From positions 310,001 through 374,000 of the forward strand of contig NW_027191464.1 of assembly GCF_011745625.1 (NCBI RefSeq): a stretch of DNA of 64,000 bases, given 5' to 3'. Source of the stretch: Cladosporium halotolerans (lineage: Eukaryota). Under the pieces are notes generated by a model. It had not been told where the DNA came from. It ran no database searches and worked only from the letters and a program-made list of their open reading frames with translations. Shown piece after piece: positions 61,323 through 64,000 of the stretch (its first letter is position 1; the number at the start of each line of letters is the position of its first letter). Position numbers and translations under genes: made by a program.

Positions 61323-63909
61323 TCAATCTACCACACCTTCCGGCAAGAAAGAAATGTAGTCAATGGGCGCGGGTTCCAGCCCATCGGGCGTACCAACAAT
61401 ACGCACGTGCGCGTTCTCTGCGACCTCGACGCCCTTGAAGTAAACCCTCGCAGCCGTCTGCCCGTCAATGTAAGGGCTCGGGGCTCGGCCAATGATGTAC
61501 TCAAGATCGCCCTTCCATTCACCAATCATCTCATCATCCAAGTATAGCTCCCACGTCGAGTTGCCAATCGCTTGGTCGTAGTAGTTGACAGCGATGTCGT
61601 AGGTGCCGGCGGCAAAAGGCACTAGGCCCGAAGCCGTGGCCTGTGTGCTGTTGTCGGAGGTTACGATGCACTTGGTTCCAGACGCGGCGTGGAATGGCGA
61701 GACATCGTAGATCTCATATCCATCAAGCTCCATGTCCTCGGCTTCGATTCGGTAGGGATGATTCTCGACGCGGTCGGCAGTGTCGGCGATACTGCTCTTG
61801 TTAAAGTAGAAGTTGTTGATCGAGTCGCGCCAGACAAGAGAATGCCCGGCAGCGTAGACCAAGCGAAACATAACGTGCTCGTATCTTTCCTCATCTATGC
61901 AGTCTTTGAGGGTTTCCCATTGAGCTGGGAAGGTCTGAGAAGTCGCGCTACCGTTGTAGTGTGCGTCGTAGAAGTGTTGAATGACTGTCTCCCCAGATTT
62001 CAGGACGTGCGTGTAGGGAAGGTGGTGGAACCAAAGTATTAGGTCGTCCGGAGTGGTCGAGACGTCCTCAAACATCATAGCAATCTCTTTCGGGTACTGA
62101 CCCGCGTTTGCGGTGCCGTTTTTCACGGTGCGGTCCATACCAATTGTGTCAGCATCAGCGCGTGTCCATTGGCCCCAAGGGTTGTCGTCTTGAGAGGCGG
62201 GATTCGGTCCGTAGTGACCCAAGAGAATGTCAGTCAGGGTTTGTACGCCGAGATTGCCAGAGTATCCTTCGTATGCCGGCCAAGAAGCCATGGACATGTT
62301 GGCAATGGTATTAACGACGAGCTCTTCGTGGCTGAATGTGAGTTTGGTCCAAGCGTTCAAGATATCGACCGAATCAGAAGACGGGTTCCAAGCCAGCCTA
62401 CCGTAAGCGTAGAGGTTGCTCATTGCAAGGTGACTACCAAGCCAAGTATCGTTCATACCTGCACCTGCAACACCGGCATAACCACCTAGTGTCTTGTTGA
62501 AGCGCTGGCCATTGACTATGGATTTCACAGGGGAAGCCTGCTCGTCAACACGAAGATCGAAATCCAATATCTCTTTCCATAGAGGCGACAAGTACACCAG
62601 GTGCACGTTCTGGCCAAGGTACTCGGGGCTGATCTGAAGTTCCATGGCTGTAGCAGTGTTTGGTAGGTGCGCAAACAGTGGGGAGACTGGTTCTCTCACT
62701 TGGAAGTCGATTGGCTATGCGGGAGTTAGCAAATAGGTCTCAAAAGGTTTCCCAACGAGCCACTTGACTTACGCCATACTTGATCTGCACCACCACGTTT
62801 TCCATGAACTGTGTATCGAGGCCATCGAAAAAGTCGACTGCTGCATTCGCTCTGTCGTCCTTCCACCTCGTCTCGTTCAAGTTCTGATGGTCGTAGACGA
62901 AAGCTCTGAACATACAGATACCACCATGCGGGTCCAACGCCTTGGCGAACATGTTCGCGCCATCCGCAAGTGTCCTGTTATACGTTAAGGGTCCGGGCTG
63001 GCCCTCGGAGTTAGCCTTGACAAGATAACCGGCAAAGTCAGGAATCCTCTCGTAAAGAGAATCGGTAACATTATGCCAGAACTCGATGACTTGCTCATCA
63101 AACGGATCGCTAGTGTTGGTGAATCCCAGTGCCTGAGGCGAAGCGAAGTACAGTGAAATACCCAGCTGTACACCGTAGGGTCTGAAGACATCAGCAATTC
63201 GGGCTAATCCGTCCATGTTGGTCGAGTTCAAGATCGTTTCATTCGCGTTGACGTTGTTGACGATGACTGCGTTGACACCGATAGATGCGAGCAGGCGAGC
63301 ATACTGTGCAGCGCGTGTCAAATCCTCTCTAACCACACCATCCCAGAAAAAGATCGAGTCGCCGCCGTAACCACGCTCGACACTACCGTGTGTGCCACCA
63401 TCTCGAAGGTTGTCCCACTGGTTGATCCAACGAATGGGTACATCGGGGCTCGACGCGTAGGAGATTGAAGAAACATTCCCTTGGGCGAGTAAAGAGAGAT
63501 ATTCGAATGCTCCGTACAAAGCTCCGCGCTCGTTTTTTCCAATGATCAAGGTCTGCTTGCCGGTAGTGTCCAAGTAGAAGCCGTCCTCGATGAGCTCTGG
63601 GATCTCAATGGACTCCTCAGCGTGGCTCATATAGGCTTCGAGGCTTCCAATGACGATGCTGGATGCATCGTCGGACCTTTCATGGCTCACATCGCAGCCT
63701 ACGCCGAAAATGCTGGCAATACCATGCTCCAGCTCCTTGGCTCCAGTGAGCACCGGACTAACTTCAGAAGTGTTAAGAGCTACAATTGTTCTCGGAATCT
63801 GGTCGGTATAGTCCTCAGCTCCAGGGAATGAGGCATAGCGAAGCCAGCCGTCCAGGCCGGTCTCCGCAGCCGCGAGGCCGATGGGAAGTAATGACAATAG
63901 AGCCCGCAT
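61323..63909 (-). CDS. aguA: Alpha-glucuronidase, glycoside hydrolase family 67, 2 exons
   Basis: Signal peptide then ETGLDGWLRY, RWINQWDN, SVERGYGG, VKANSEGQPGP, QIKYG|PIDFQVREP, ELQISPEYLGQ. Intron ~62770-62716. Confidence 0.95.
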
Positions 63910-64000
63910 TGTGAAGATGCCGACCGCTGGCGATAATCACCGTATGGCACCCAGGTATTGTCATTCTGCCCGGTCTTATACGAAAACATGTAGACGATGC

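Noticed and set aside
24050..63909. CAZyme gene cluster (GH5, two GH13, GH78 relic, GH67)
   Set aside because: The genes are dispersed among unrelated housekeeping genes and act on different substrates; no shared regulator or sugar transporter is evident.
1..64000. Transposons, Starship captain, CRISPR arrays, tRNAs, RIP-degraded AT-rich blocks
   Set aside because: No transposase, reverse transcriptase or recombinase motifs, terminal repeats, spaced repeats, cloverleafs or AT-rich tracts recognised by eye.

Overview
Eukaryotic genomic DNA from a filamentous ascomycete (short GT-AG introns with CTRAC/CTRAT branch sites, fungal gene families, a dispersed 5S rRNA gene). I can support about 23 protein-coding genes, most of them spliced, so the ORF track shows them only in pieces. 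Left arm (1-25.6 kb, GC-rich coding): Siw14/OCA-type phosphatase, RHO1, Nudix hydrolase, SLC6/SNF transporter, BUD6/AIP3, PEX11-family, PBP1/ataxin-2, a HeLo-domain protein, GH5. An accessory-looking stretch (~26-34 kb) holds a CBM20 alpha-amylase, an intact 5S rRNA gene, a frameshifted DUF3632-like gene, an alpha-L-rhamnosidase relic and an MBL-fold hydrolase. Then come an ABC-F ATPase and a GPI-type amylase-like gene. The most interesting item is a head-to-head pair at 43.1-47.1 kb: a DUF6594-like membrane protein and a caspase-like His-Cys protease, a candidate two-gene protease-plus-membrane-effector system. A compact housekeeping block follows (ALG10, PSF2, mito uL3, LTO1, RAD52 with a GC-AG intron, KEX1), then a multi-pass membrane protein and GH67 alpha-glucuronidase. 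All family calls come from motif recognition by eye; no database search was run.
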